This document shows positions 1 through 13,000 of a DNA stretch of 64,000 bases, piece by piece. Within the stretch, counting starts at the first letter, position 1. Each line of letters starts with the position of its first letter. The DNA is from Lama guanicoe (Eukaryota), in NCBI GenBank assembly GCA_013239625.1, contig MU054098.1:837568-901567 (forward strand), read 5' to 3'. Both the position numbers and the translations under genes were made by a program. A model generated the notes under the pieces. The model did not search any database, was not told the DNA's origin, and saw only the letters and a list, made by a program, of their open reading frames with translations.

Positions 1-1107
1 GGGTCAGATGCAGCTCTCCTCTGCTGCGGGCGGGCGGGTCACTGCCCCTCCGGATGCCGCAGTCAGATGTTGCAGACTGGCCAGGCAGGAGGGTGGGTCG
101 TGCCCCCTCCCAGCACCTCGGTCAGGGGTTGTGTTCCTGCCCGACAGGCGGAGGGCCGCTCTCCCTCTGTCTGCGCCGCCGGTAGCTCCGCTGCTCTGTG
201 CGGCTGCGCGCTCCGCCCTGGTCGGCGCTCCGCGGGTGGGCTTGGGGAAGACCGAGGGACAGCCTCGTCCCTGCTCCAAGCCAAGACCCAGCTCCTTGTT
301 TGTCCCTGTGGAGCAAGTTCTCTGAGAGACCAGGATGGAAGGATCCTATCTGTCCCGGGCTGTAGGCCCGTCTCAGTCCGGCCCTTGAGGCTGCTATGCC
401 CTTCGGTGCGGATGCAGGTTTCGCCCCCGCCCCCGCCTGGGTGCTGAGCGCCGGAGGATATGGCGGCTGTGCCTGGGCCCCGCCTGTCTTCCCTTGAAAA
501 GTTTCCACGGGTTTTCAGAGATGGGGTATGCACCCTTCCCCCGAGAGCACATCAACCTTGCTGTTTTATGGAGGGCCCAGGTTGTTCTGTCCTGTACACC
601 CACAGCCATGGCGCCCAGCCCCTTGCAGTCCCCCGGGGCTGCCTCCGTGCAGCCGCCCCCGTCCTCCGCCCGGCTTGTGCAGCCTGGCCCTGCCCGCCGC
701 TGCCGGCCCGCGTCTCAGGCTGGGTGTCGGGGGAACGCTCTGTGCCCGTTTAACTTAGTTCTGTCAGACAAGGGCTGCTCTGCACAGATCCGAGCCTCGG
801 AGGCCCCCCCTCCGTCCCGCTGGCCTCTCGGTTGGAGAGGGGAGACCCAGCGAGCAAGCGCCAGTCCTCCTTTGCCGCTCCCTCCCCGCGGGACCCGTCC
901 CGCGCTGCTTTGCCTTTTGTTCTTTCTTTTTTCCTTTTCTCCTACCAGATTTTTGGCGTCTCTATCTTTTGAAGAGGGTGATGGTCTCTTGGAGTTCTGC
1001 AGGTGCTCTGGTTGGCTGAGTGGGTCTGTAGATGTGGGTCTTGGTGTATTTGTGGGAGAGGGTGACTTACGAGTGTCCTTCTACTCCGCCATCTTGCCTC
1101 TTCCTCC
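1..1107 (-). mobile_element. 5'UTR of a young LINE-1 (element continues off the left edge)
   Basis: Very GC/CpG-rich. The minus strand begins GGAGGAAGAGGCAAGATGGCGGAGTAG, a typical L1 5' terminus with the YY1 motif AAGATGGCGG. The flank reads TTT/AAAAAACTAGAAT on the minus strand, an L1 endonuclease site. The terminus is homologous to the L1 5' end at ~46230-46298. Confidence 0.85.
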
Positions 1108-3372
1108 ATTCTAGTTTTTTAAAGAAGAATTTCTATTACATAAATGCTGGGTTATCTTAGTCTTTATTCTTATCCAATGAGTCTATTATTTTATGGCATA
1201 GAGGACTAATTATCTAACGATATGAACTAGGAAAAATCAAGCCAAAAATAAATCCATGCTCTGACACAAGTGTTTTGGATTTGCTGCTCAGAAACCTTAA
1301 AACATTTTAAGTCTTTACTTCATTTGGTTAAGTTTCCTTGTTCTTCTAGCAATAATCATCTGTAGTTTTCTTTTAAAATTTTAAAAGCATAGCATAGTTT
1401 GTTAGAAAGGCCATCCTCCACTTACTTTGTCTGAACCTTTTGTCATTATCCTTACTGTCTCTAACCTTGTCACTGCTTCTACTCTACAAATTATTCTTAA
1501 TGTTAAGTTTTGTCTTTGAGGTTGGCATTAGCTGGTTGTTTTCTAGAGTTCATAAGATCTAGACTGTTATAGTAACTTCAGATCTCACCAAGGACCCTTT
1601 GCTTTATATGTAGATTGGAGTGTACAAAAATCCTTCCCAGTTTCCATACCTGTTCTCAAATTTGCCCATCACTCTTTCCAGTGCTGGTGAGAACCTGTTA
1701 GTGATTGGAAGTTCCCCTCCTCTTGTGCCTGTCATATGCTCTGTTGCTTATCCACACTTTTATTTTACTGTATTAATACTATGTAGACCTTGTACCTATA
1801 GGTGGTCTGCCCCTAACCACTCATTTTTGGGTGTTTGTTGAATAGTTTTAAGCCTAGTTTTGTGGTAGATGGTATTCATAGGTTTAAATTTTTCCTACCC
1901 TATTTATTGTGACACCATCATTATCTTCCATACTTTTCCAGGGACTAAAGTTAGTGCCTCTACCTCTGCTTGGGGAATAGCCCCAGTGGATTATCTTTTT
2001 TCTTCTGCTAATGAAGCAGTTTTCCTTGATTGACTATTGTAAAATATTATTTTATAATTCAGTAGAAAAACTATGATTCCTTGTTTAAATCTGTCTTCAA
2101 ATACTCTATGTTCTAGAATAATGAATTTCAAAATGTTTTGAGATATATACATATACACACACACACATACACAGAGAAACAAAAAGTTTTACTCTGGTCA
2201 TGATATAACAAAAACATAATGGCTCAAGGGTAATTTGGAAATGAGCTTATATCTTGCTAAAACTGTTGGTGAAGAAACTGTTTTCCTTATGTGGATTAAA
2301 CAATTAAACAGTAAACATCTAGTAGCAATACCTTGTTGGAAAAGAATAAACCCAGCCCTTTTGTTGAATAACATTTTTCCTAACTGGGGAGAAACTGGTC
2401 ATGATATGCACTGTGAACCCACACCTCTCTCATCACTGGATTTTGATAAGTTATATGGAGCAAAAAGTCAATTTCTACAACAGCCAAATAAACAGGAGAG
2501 TTACTTAACTTACAGGGTGAGAGACAAGGACCAGTTAAAAGGGGAGAAAAAGTCTATAGTAGTCAAAGGACTTGTGTCAGTAGCAGAAGAAATGTTGTAA
2601 TACTTTCAATATCTCAATGAGATGCAATCAGAGATGCAACTCTAACTCAGGAATAGAGCTACATCCTGGAAAAGTCAATATAAAATCAGGATGATTTCTT
2701 CCCTAGTTTAGAAATAGAGCCAGTGTTACATTGAAGCAGGAATTGCCAGCCATTAAAGTTACCAACTTTTACATATATGTTTGCTTTTCTTTTAAAACAC
2801 TCTATATCTTCATCTACCATTTGGGCAAATTAAGAAACATGTAAGTAACCAACAGAAGAACAATTAAAATGGTTCCTTCTGGGGAGTAAGGAACTGTTAC
2901 TTTTTATTATAAGCCCTTTATATGTGAGTAAACATTAAATACTTTGAGACAACATTATAAAAATAATGTAAATCTTAATCAAAACTGTGTGATACTCCCT
3001 AACAGATAATTATTAGTGCTTAATTTATTTTTAGGTTTGACTGAATACAGCTCTAGTTCAATAGAGAAATCATGAGTCTCTGGGAAAACGTGATATAATC
3101 TCTTTGATTTAGTTACCTAAAATTTATTTGAAATTTTCTATTTAAGCCATATGATCATTGCCACCCACATGCCATCTGGTGGCACATCTCTAAAATTTTG
3201 CCCTATAAATCCTAACCAAGAAAGTGCTTATAAAGAGCTTCATATTACTGAATGATGAGGCAGAATTTTCTGTCTTTTAGGAAGCATTTTAATTTTAGCT
3301 AATTAAACAATAGTAACAATAAAACTTGCACTTCTACTCAGTATTATTTGACTGAAATTTTGGGTCTTCTAG

Positions 3373-3447
3373 GAAAACAACTAGATTCCATGTGGACAAA
3401 ATTCACCCTCCCAACTTCAATTCCTGTTTTTGGTCGACATCCCAAAT
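3373..3447 (+). CDS. Candidate internal exon, 75 bp (KQLDSMWTKFTLPTSIPVFGRHPK or KTTRFHVDKIHPPNFNSCFWSTSQ), product not recognised
   Basis: Acceptor tcttctag|G and donor AAT|gtaaga. Length is a multiple of 3 and two frames are open. Non-repetitive context. Confidence 0.25.
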
Positions 3448-3541
3448 GTAAGAGCTGGTAGGATTATATTGTTATATCATACCTTGTTAGCCATGAAAGT
3501 TGCTGCAGAAAGTTGCCTCTGTTTTATGTAAACACTTAGAG

Positions 3542-3715
3542 CAGTGGCTCTGAGCTTGGTTGTACATTAGAATTCCCTGAGGTGCTATGAAAAATCCAGA
3601 TGCCAAACCACACACCACACAGATAATACAAGACTCCGAGAGTATGAATGAGGCACCTGAATTTTTTTAAGCTTTCCAGATATTAACAATGTGCAGCCAA
3701 GTTTGAGAAACACTG
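3542..3715 (+). mobile_element. MER5A-like hAT-Charlie MITE
   Basis: Termini cagtggctct...gagaaacactg, with internal 'tacattagaat' and 'gtgcagccaagtttgagaa' matching the recalled MER5A consensus. Confidence 0.75.
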
Positions 3716-4954
3716 TCTTGGATAATTATGTTTGTTTACACTAAAACTAAATACTCATGGGGGTAAGTACTTGAAGAATTTTAAAAATATAAAAAATACA
3801 TTGGAAATAACTCAAGTAGCTCATATTTTGGGGATTGGAACAAAGAAAAATTAAGAGACATATACTTCGGTGGTGTATTGAGATATAAAACAAGGTAAAA
3901 AACCAAACTTTTTATGTTGGTAAGAGCTAATGTTATTTTCTAAGCAGTGTTAGACATCCAGTCCTAAAAAACAATATATAGCCAAAAGGATATGAATAAT
4001 ATAAGCTATGTAATACAAATGGGAGAAATGAACCTCTTTCATAGGAAGCATAAGTTTCATAAGGACCTAACAGTAGTTCTTAAATTGAGTGCAACAAGCC
4101 ATTTTTAACATACAATTTAAAAAAAATAGGAAAAATACATTATTCATGTGTTATGTTTTCCCCAAGCACTGCTATAGGGTTGATTTATTTATTTTTTCAT
4201 AATGCATTGTTCATATATTTCTTCGTGTGTAAACTTTGGCTTAAATTTGACATAATTTCAAATAATTCTATTTGACATTTTTATGTATTATTATTACTTT
4301 TAATTCTTATTTACTTTTTAAATATATCATTTGCCACTGAGATATAGACTTTGGTATAAAAAGAACGTAGTTGTTGATTACTACAACAACTAAAAAAACA
4401 GAAGATATTTTTCTTTTAAACTTACCTCGGCATGTTTTCATTACCTCTTTTTTGGACCTTACAGTCTAGGCAGAAAATAACAGCACTTATGTTTCAATTT
4501 GTGCTGCAAGTTTTGCACCTGTTATATATTTACATCATTTATATATAATTTCATTTGAAATTAAAATGTTATTCACTCAATAAAGATTAGAAGATGCTTC
4601 ATATGATACCATCATCTTGGAAAGTCTTTTCTTAAGACCAACTTTAATAACATTTAGAAAATGAAACTTAATTTCCAAATATCAAAATAAGAGTCATTTT
4701 CATGTGAAACATTTTGATGGGTTTATATATTTATATATTGGTAAATTAATTTTTTAGTCCAACATAATATTCCAATTGTACTTTTGTCACATCTTAAAAA
4801 GAACCATAATTAGTAACATCACCATTCCTGAATTTGACCTGCATTTTTCTATTTAAGTGTTTTGAAAAGATTATTTCCCTTTCACTTGATGTTCAAAAAA
4901 TCACACAGACTAATTTGGAAAAATCAAAGACAAAAGAACAATCTTGATTTAAAT

Positions 4955-5350
4955 GAAACAAAAATGTGATATATCTATATAATGGAATATTATTTGGCAA
5001 TGAACAAGAATGAAGTACTGATACATGCTCCAACATGGATGAACCTTAACCATCATGCTAAGTGAAAGAAATCAGTCACAAAAGATACCATATTATATGA
5101 TCCAATTTATATGAAATGTCCAGAAGGGGCAAACCTATATATAGAGAAAGTAGATTAGTGGTTATCTAGGACTGAGGGCTTGTTGCAAGAGATGCGATGT
5201 GACTGTTTCTTTTGGGGGTGTTTAAAGTGTTCGAAAATTAGGCTGTAGTGATGGTTGCACAGCTGTGTAAATAAATTTAAAAAACAGTGAATTATACACT
5301 TTAAATGGATGAATTTTATGGTATGTAAATTAAATTGTAAAGCTTTTTTT
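4955..5350 (+). mobile_element. Old L1 (L1MB-like) 3' end fragment
   Basis: 'atggaatattatttggcaatgaacaagaatgaagtactgatacatgct...acatggatgaacct...atgctaagtgaaagaaatcagtcacaaaag' matches the L1 ORF2 end and 3'UTR. Confidence 0.85.
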
Positions 5351-5559
5351 AAAAGGGTAAATTCTGGATCATGTGAAAAGGCTAGTTTGAGGTTAATTCT
5401 TCTTATGAAATAACCTACTTACATAGACTGTCAGACAGACCCATCTTCTATCAATAGTGCTGAAGTGAATAATGTGGGAAAGCAAAATACATTACAAGCA
5501 TCCTACAAAAAGTCTGACAAATTCAGACAAAATTCTGGCAGGGCTACTGTTGTGATGTG

Positions 5560-5670
5560 AGATAGAACAGCCAAATACATGAGATACTAGATGTAAAGCA
5601 TCTTGCACAGTGCCTGGTACACTAATAGTGTGCTTAATAAATGAGTTACTTCTACCATCATCATTATACT
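5560..5670 (+). mobile_element. MIR fragment
   Basis: 'atgtaaagcatcttgcacagtgcctggtacactaatagtgtgcttaataaatg' matches the MIR 3' end. Confidence 0.7.
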
Positions 5671-5990
5671 CAACACCAGCATCACAAAATTTGTAATAGG
5701 AAGCATATGGACACATAGACTTTGTTTCACATCTTGAAGTTATACTCAGTTGAGTGTAAATGTAATATTGGTGTCCTGTATCATCTGGTGTCAGCTATCA
5801 CAGTCACAGATAGTAGCTCTGGGAAAAGTAGTAATCTCTACTGGGCTTACCTTTAAAATTCAATCCAAATAAATGAGGGCAAATCTCATTCTATTTGCAC
5901 ATGGTTGAGAAAATTTACATTTCTTTTCAAAGGTAAAAATCATATTATTGATTATGGAAATCAACATTAGTGTAGCTTTCTCTTTCACAG

Positions 5991-6022
5991 CCAGTATTCC
6001 GATAAAACTTCAAGAGGAATAA
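5991..6022 (+). CDS. Candidate terminal coding exon (SSIPIKLQEE*), followed by AATAAA at 6105-6110
   Basis: Strong acceptor ctttctctttcacag|C. Continues the frame of exon 3373-3447 to tandem stops TAA TGA. A polyA signal lies ~80 bp downstream. Confidence 0.2.
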
Positions 6023-7559
6023 TGACATAGAAAGAAATTTTAAATCATAGAGGTAAACTTTTTATTTTGGGAAACTGTAATCTGGAATTTTGTGACATTA
6101 TTTTAATAAATAGTCTGAATTCTATGTATTAGGTTTAGTAAGGTGAAAACACTCATTGTGTGTATGTAGAAATTATATAAAGCTAGTGCCATCCCTAGTT
6201 ATCTTAGGAAACAGAAATTAATGAACCACACTATTATGGAGAATGAAAATAAGTGGCAAGATTTTTTTTTAAGTAAAGTAATGCAGTCATAGTTTGATTT
6301 AATTCAAAAGCTTAACATTTCCCCACCAAAAGTCAGAATTTTGAAAGCATTCAATGGTACTTTTAATGGTCTACTTGTGTACTCTGGGGTTTGGGAGCAG
6401 AAAGCTCTGTAAGGAACATTAATTATGTTACTGAAAAAAGTTAATTGAAAGGTCATTTAATTTTACCTGCCTTCTGTCAATATTGAATATTCATATGAGT
6501 ACTTGATATTCTGAATTTTCTATTAATGTTGAACACCTTGTAAGAGAACTTATTCTATGGGACAATATTTTCATATGGAGAGTTCTTTATCCTCTTTCAG
6601 CAACTTTTTCCAGGATCTATCTGCCACTAGTATCACATCAAATTCTCTTCTAAACCTGCTGCACTGTTTCAGATAATTGGTCCCACCATCTTTTCAGTCA
6701 CCCAGTCTTGATATTTCAGTTACTTTTAACTCTTCTCACTAGCTGTCAAATTTAGCTGAGAAAGAAAGGACATAGCTTGAAGGGGTAATAGGGAAACTAG
6801 AAGAATTATTTTCTCTTATGCTTGGCGGGATTTGCATAATCAGTGATTATTTCTTTTTTTTTTTTACTTTTCAGAAACACCTTCTTGATAAAGGGAAGGG
6901 TATTAGTATCTATTTGTTTAAAACATGTTGGCTATTATTCTGTAGATGAGTAACATGCAGAAGTACACATCCATCCGTGACTCACTGGCTGGGGGAATAG
7001 TGTCTCCAGTCAAATATTGTCTGAAGATGCCATTTCTGGTGTGAAAAGGAAGCAACAAGACAGGGTAAAAGAGCCCTGCTCCACGTCCATAGTAGCCAAA
7101 ATCATTTCCTAGCAGCCAATGAAACACAGTTGTGTTTTTCTCAGAAAGCCAGGAAATAATAATGTTTTTCTGACAGTTAATGTAAGGTTAATTTTAGAAG
7201 TGGAGCTTCAACTATTTACTAAAAGAGACCAAACACATCAAAATGGAAGCCAACTTCAGAAATGTTTAGATATGTGCCTGAATGGCTCATATTCTTACTT
7301 AGCTTGCATGGCTTAACATTGGGTGGCAGCCAGTAGAGCGAGGCTGCAACACCTGAGGACCTGCACAAATTGAGAGCCGTTCAAGTTTCAATGTGACTTC
7401 AAAATGAGTCATCGTTTTAACTTTCAAGTAGACACATTTATCTTTTTCAGATACAATTCTGAAAGCGTGTTTAGCGAGGAAGAGAGTACATCAATATTGA
7501 ACAGATTATTCTCTGTAACTCTTTGCTCCTTTCGTTATTTTTATATTCAGTCGTGTCTT

Positions 7560-10060
7560 AGACTTGGTCACTTAATACTCATCATGCTGCTTGTTACATC
7601 CCCAGTACCTATTTATCTTATAACTGGATGTTTGTACCTTTTGACCACCTTCATCTAATTCCCCTACACCCTGCCTCTGGTAACCACGAATTTGATCTCT
7701 TTTCCTATGAGGTTTTTTTCTTTTTTAAACATTCCACATATAAGTGAGATCATGCAATCTTTGTCTTTCTCTGTCTGACTTATTTCAGTTAGCATACGGC
7801 CCTCAAAGTCCATCTGTGCTGTCCCAGATGGCAAAATTTCCTTCTTTTTCATGGCTGGAATAATATATGTATACATACCACGTAAACACACGCACACACA
7901 CACACGCCCCACAACTTCTTTATTAATCTGTCCATGGACACTTAGGTTGTTTCCATGTCTTGGCTATTGTAAATAGTACTGCTATGCACATGAGGGTGCT
8001 AATACCTTTTGAATACAGTGATTTATTTTTCTTCAGATATACCCAGAAGTGGGATTGCTGGATGTATGGTCGGGCCACTTAAGATGACTGTTCTCTTTCT
8101 CTTTCTACATCCCCTGCTCAACCAGTCCCCGCTTCACCTACACCCTACTTACGTGAACATGCTTGCCTCCTGCCCCAGCTAGTGATTGTTTTAGTCCTTA
8201 GGCCAAAACAGCTCCATTTGCTAGTTTACTAAAGGGAAACAACTGACCTCGTGATAGTCGTTAACCCGAAGTGCTGTGAGGCACATAGCCCAGCTGGTTT
8301 CACTGGTAAATGATGAGCCAACGTGATGTCAATTACCCCTATAAATGGTAGCCGCCTCCCCACCCCACTTCCGCCCGAGTAGCGAAGGTTGCTGCCGTGT
8401 CCTGTCGTGTCCTGTCGGCTGTCTGCTATACACAGTGGGAGCGTCACTCCAGGACCTTTTGCTTCAAACATGTAAGATCCCCTCTCCGATAAACCGTTTA
8501 TGTCTCTGTCGCCGTCTCCGGGCTCTTTGTTGGGTTTCCAGGCTGGGCAACTACAAGGCTTGCAGGCCTGGGGGGTACAGCCCAACAGTCGGTGAGCCAG
8601 CCAAGAGGCCGAGGAAACTCCCAGAGTGCCGAGATGTTGAGAAATAAGGACGGGAAATGAAAAGTTGAAGGGGTAATCTCGAAGTGGCCACCACTAGCAT
8701 GTGGCGGGGCGGCGGCGGGGTGGGGGTGGGGGAGCCTGGGGCAGCTAGCCACCGTGGGCTTTGTCTTTCTTCTTAATTATATTGCTATTCTGTTAACCGC
8801 AGAGTCTCCTTCCAGTTTAAAAGTAGCAGCCTGGCTCTAGGCGCTTTCTCTGGTCTGGAGGCTGGGTAGTTAAAAGGCTCGCAGATCTTGGGGGTACAGC
8901 CCAAAGACGGATCAAATGGTAGTTCTATTTTTAATTTTTTGAGGAAACTCTATGCTGTTTTTCATAGTGGCTGTACCAGTTGACATTCTCACCAACAGTG
9001 CACAAAGATTCCCTTTTCTCCATCTCCTCACCGACATTTATTTGTTGTCTTTTTATGATACCTATTCTAACAGGTGTGAGGTGATGGTCCATCATGGTTT
9101 TGATTTACATTAGCCTGATTACTGATGTTAAGCACCTTTTCATGTACTTGTTAACTGTTTGTTGTCTTTGAAGAAATATCTATTCAAGTCCTCAGACCAT
9201 GTTTTAATTGAATTACTTATTCTTTTGCTGTTGAATTAAGAGTTCCTTATAAATTTTGGATCTGAATCCCTTATCAGATATAAGGCTTGCAAACATTTCC
9301 CCTTTTTCATTTTGTTTCTTTTGCTGTGCAGAAGCTTTTTAGTTTGATGTTGTCTCACTGATGTTTTTGCTCTTGTTGCTTGTGCTTTTCGTGTCACATT
9401 AAAAAAAAAACCATTGCCAAGACCGATGTAAAGGGCCTTTTTCCTTGTTTTCTTCTAGGAGTTTATGGTTTTAGGTCTTAAGTGTAAGCCCTTAATCCAT
9501 TTTGAGTTAATTTTTGAGTGGTGTAAGATAAAGGTCCAATTTTTTCTTTTGCATGTTAATATCCAGTTTTCCCAGCACCATTTATTGAAGAGATTGTCCT
9601 TTCCCCATTAAGTATTCTTCACTCACTTGTCAAATATTAACTGACCATACATGTGAGGGTTTATTTCTGGGCTCTAATTCTGTTCCATTCGTCATTGTGT
9701 CTATTTTTACGCCAGTGCATATTATTTTGATTACTATAGATTTGTACTATAGTTTGAAGTCCAAAACTGGGAGCCCTCCGGTTTTGTTCTTTGTCAACAT
9801 CGCTGTGGTTATTTGGGGTCTTCTGTAGTTCCATGCAAACTTTAGGATGGTTTTTTCTATCCATGAAAAAGGCTATTGGAATGCTGGTAGGAATTGCATT
9901 CAAGCTATAGATGGCTTTGGGTAGTATGGACATTTTAACAGTTAAGTCTGCTGATCCATGAATATAGGGTGTCTTTCCATTTATTTGTGTGTTCAACTTC
10001 TTTTATCAAAGTTGTATAGTTTTTAGTATATAGATCTTTTACTCTCTTGGTTATATATGA
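7560..10060 (-). mobile_element. L1 (L1MA-type) 3'UTR and ORF2 C-terminal part, interrupted by an LTR element at 8063-8907
   Basis: ORF remnants 7664-7912 (KKKEILP..MDFEGRMLTEISQTEKDK) and 9661-9996 (KMSILPKAIYSLNAIP) resemble L1 ORF2. The L1 motif 'gggattgctgga|tc..atggtagttctattttt' is split by the insert. Confidence 0.9.
8063..8907 (+). mobile_element. ERV1-type LTR element: LTR (8063-8587), tRNA-Arg primer binding site (PBS), short leader and a second diverged LTR end
   Basis: TG...CA termini at 8063 and 8587, TATAAA at 8340, GATAAA polyA-like signal at 8488. PBS cggtgagccagccaagag at 8590-8607. Flanks tgga/cgga. Confidence 0.8.
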
Positions 10061-13000
10061 GGTTTATTGTGTTGCATATCTTAATTTTATATATTGCTAC
10101 TTGCCTAATTTCTTTTATTGTTTATAATTTTCCATTGATTCTTTTGGAAAGATTTTCAGTTGTAGAATCATATCATCTGCAAATACAGACAGTTTTACCT
10201 CATCTAGATTTATACTTATAATTGCTTTCTTGTACCCAAGTTTACTGGCTAATATATATAATGCGATGTTAGTAGTGGAGACATGAGCATGCTTTAGAAG
10301 GTAAGTCTGTGACATTTACTAATTGAGAAATATGCTGGTTTTGGGGCTGATGATTGTATGTATGAAAGTATCCATTGATTTCTATTTAATTTAATGTTTT
10401 AAAAAAATTAATGGTTGCTGATTTTAGTGTAATGCATTTTAGGCATCTTATAAAGATGGTGAATTTTTCTTAGTTCTATTAACGTGATAATTGTGTTCAT
10501 TTGCTCTTTATTTTGAAACACCATTGCATACTCAAATAAAACCTAATTAGTTATATAATCTCAAATACCTTGTCATTTTTTAATGTGCTGCTAGATGCTG
10601 TTTGCTAATGTTTTATGTACAATTTTTGCATTCAATATTTACAAGTGATACCAGTGATACAATATTTATAAGTGAAATGTAACTTTCATTTGGATGTCAA
10701 TGTTATACTTGCTATATAAAAATAATTTGGACATTTTCTTTTTATATGCTTTGTAATAATTTTGGAAACACTGAGGTTAAATGATAAACAGATCTTTAAT
10801 GGTTTTTTTAGAATTCCCTTGGGAAGATTATATATATATAGTTTTATATATATGTATATATATAGTGCTTTTTCACAGGTGAATTCTTTATGACTGTCTC
10901 TATTTTTTGTTTCTTATGGGAAACAGCCTGTTTACCATTTTTATTCTAACTGCAGTCAAATTCTGTAAACTATACCTCCTAGGGAATGTTTCTAGATTTT
11001 AAAATTGAATTGCATGCATTTGTGTGAAATAGTCTCATTTAAAACAATTGGTGGTTCTTTTCCACTTGTCTTTTCCGGTTATGTGTATTTGTGGTTCCTT
11101 TCCGCCTTTTCATTAGGTTAGTAACATATCATTAAGTTTTTTTCCAATGAACCAGATTTTTTTATTCATTTATGATTTCTATAGTTTTCTATTTTCTAGC
11201 TCATTAATATCTGATTTTAATTTTTCCTTAATTGTTTTTTCTTAATTTTTTAGTTGAGTAGTTCATTTATTTTGATTTTTCAATTTTGTTGATAGAGATA
11301 TTTAATTCCATATCTGCTTTTGGTAACTGCTTTTGCTGTATTCCATTATTATTTGTAAGAATTTCTCCAATTTTTGGAATTTTTTCAAAACAACCAAATA
11401 TGCAGTCAGTTTTCGTAATTGTTTTATGTACACTTGAAAAAAAAGATAACATTCTTCATTATCCAGGGAACCAGAGCTATCTACCTGTACAATATTGATT
11501 GCATCATTATGAATTGTCGACTTAGCATTATGAAATATTTCTTTGTCTCTGTTAGTGCTTTTCAATCTGAATTCTACCTTGTTAGATATCAAGATCTTGC
11601 CTCTTGCTCTTTATATTCACTTGTTTGGTATGAAAGTAAGTATCTTTATTTTTAACCTTTTGAATCTCTTTATATTAGTTTTGTCTTTGTATAAAGTACA
11701 GATTTGTATTCCGCTTCTTCAATCTAAAAATGTTTTCCTTTTAATCTGTGAGTCATGACTGTATTATGTGTAATATATTTAGTGTCATTTCTGTTCTCTA
11801 TCAAACTCTGTATCTAAAGTTTCTTTCTATGAGATCTTTCTCTTTCTCATACTAATGTTGCTGTTTAGGAAGATTTTACTTTTTGTTTGGATAATTGCTA
11901 TATATTCTTACTATCCTTAATCTCTTTCTTTTAAGGTACTTTCTATTTGTTCTTACCATAAGCATGACTAACAATAGCGACGAATCTTTTTTTTCCCTTT
12001 CCTCTCCCCAGTTATCTAAATTGAAGCTATATTCCTGTACCCCCAATAAAAATATATTAACCAGCTTATTCTACTTACCATTGATTTCCCTCCTTCTCAC
12101 TATCATTTTTGATAGTTGCAATATATTGTCATTAGAACCCATATCACTTACATGTATTCCCTCATCCTTATTCCTATTATTTATTCTTAGTGATATAGTT
12201 AAATATATTTAATGCTTGCAAGCATTTCAACATTTCCTTGATAGTGTGAAGCTCATTCCTCAGTAGATTATTCAGAAAGAGCGTATATGTACTGTATTCC
12301 TGAATATTGCCAGTTTACAGCAATTTGTTTGCAGTCTGTGTTCCACATGTTCTTTGAGTTTCTTAAATGACTTTAGGAACGCCTGGCTTAAAGCATTGCA
12401 GTCAAAAACTCTGATGCTAATCTGCTGTTTAAAAGTGTTTTGCTTGGTGATTTTACCTGTATCCCCAAAATGTTTTTTAATATATAAAACTTTTGCTCAA
12501 ATATATCTTTACATTGATCATCTGGTAGTGATTTTTCTTAGGTACAGTTAACTTTCAAATATTCTTTAATTTCAGAAAAGTATTCTTGACTATGTTTTTT
12601 AATATTTTAGGGTTCCATTGTGGTTTTATTCTTCTAGCCCTCTTTTTGCATATCTACTTTATTTTCTTTGTTTTCATTATCTATCACTTTCTCCCATTTA
12701 TTAAAGTTATCTTTCTTAATATATGTTTGACTTGCCTTTGCTTTTACTTTGTTTTCTAGTTCATTTACTATATTTTAATTCTGTCTGTTCACCTTTGTGT
12801 TCTTTATAGTTTTTCTCAATTTACCATTTTTTCCTATTTATAATTCTTACCTGAGCTCTGTCAGCTCAAGTTGCCAAACCGTCTTACTTATTAAATTTTC
12901 TCATTCTCGTTTGTCTTGTTCTGCTATAACTAATATTATTTCATAATTGCATTTAGCTTGTTTTGAAATAATAGGATAAGTTAGATTTTTGTTGGCTTTG

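Noticed and set aside
4..1114. Cluster of overlapping ORFs up to 206 aa
   Set aside because: Expected from the stop-poor, GC-rich L1 5'UTR. There is no recognisable domain, and ORFs occur in many frames on both strands.
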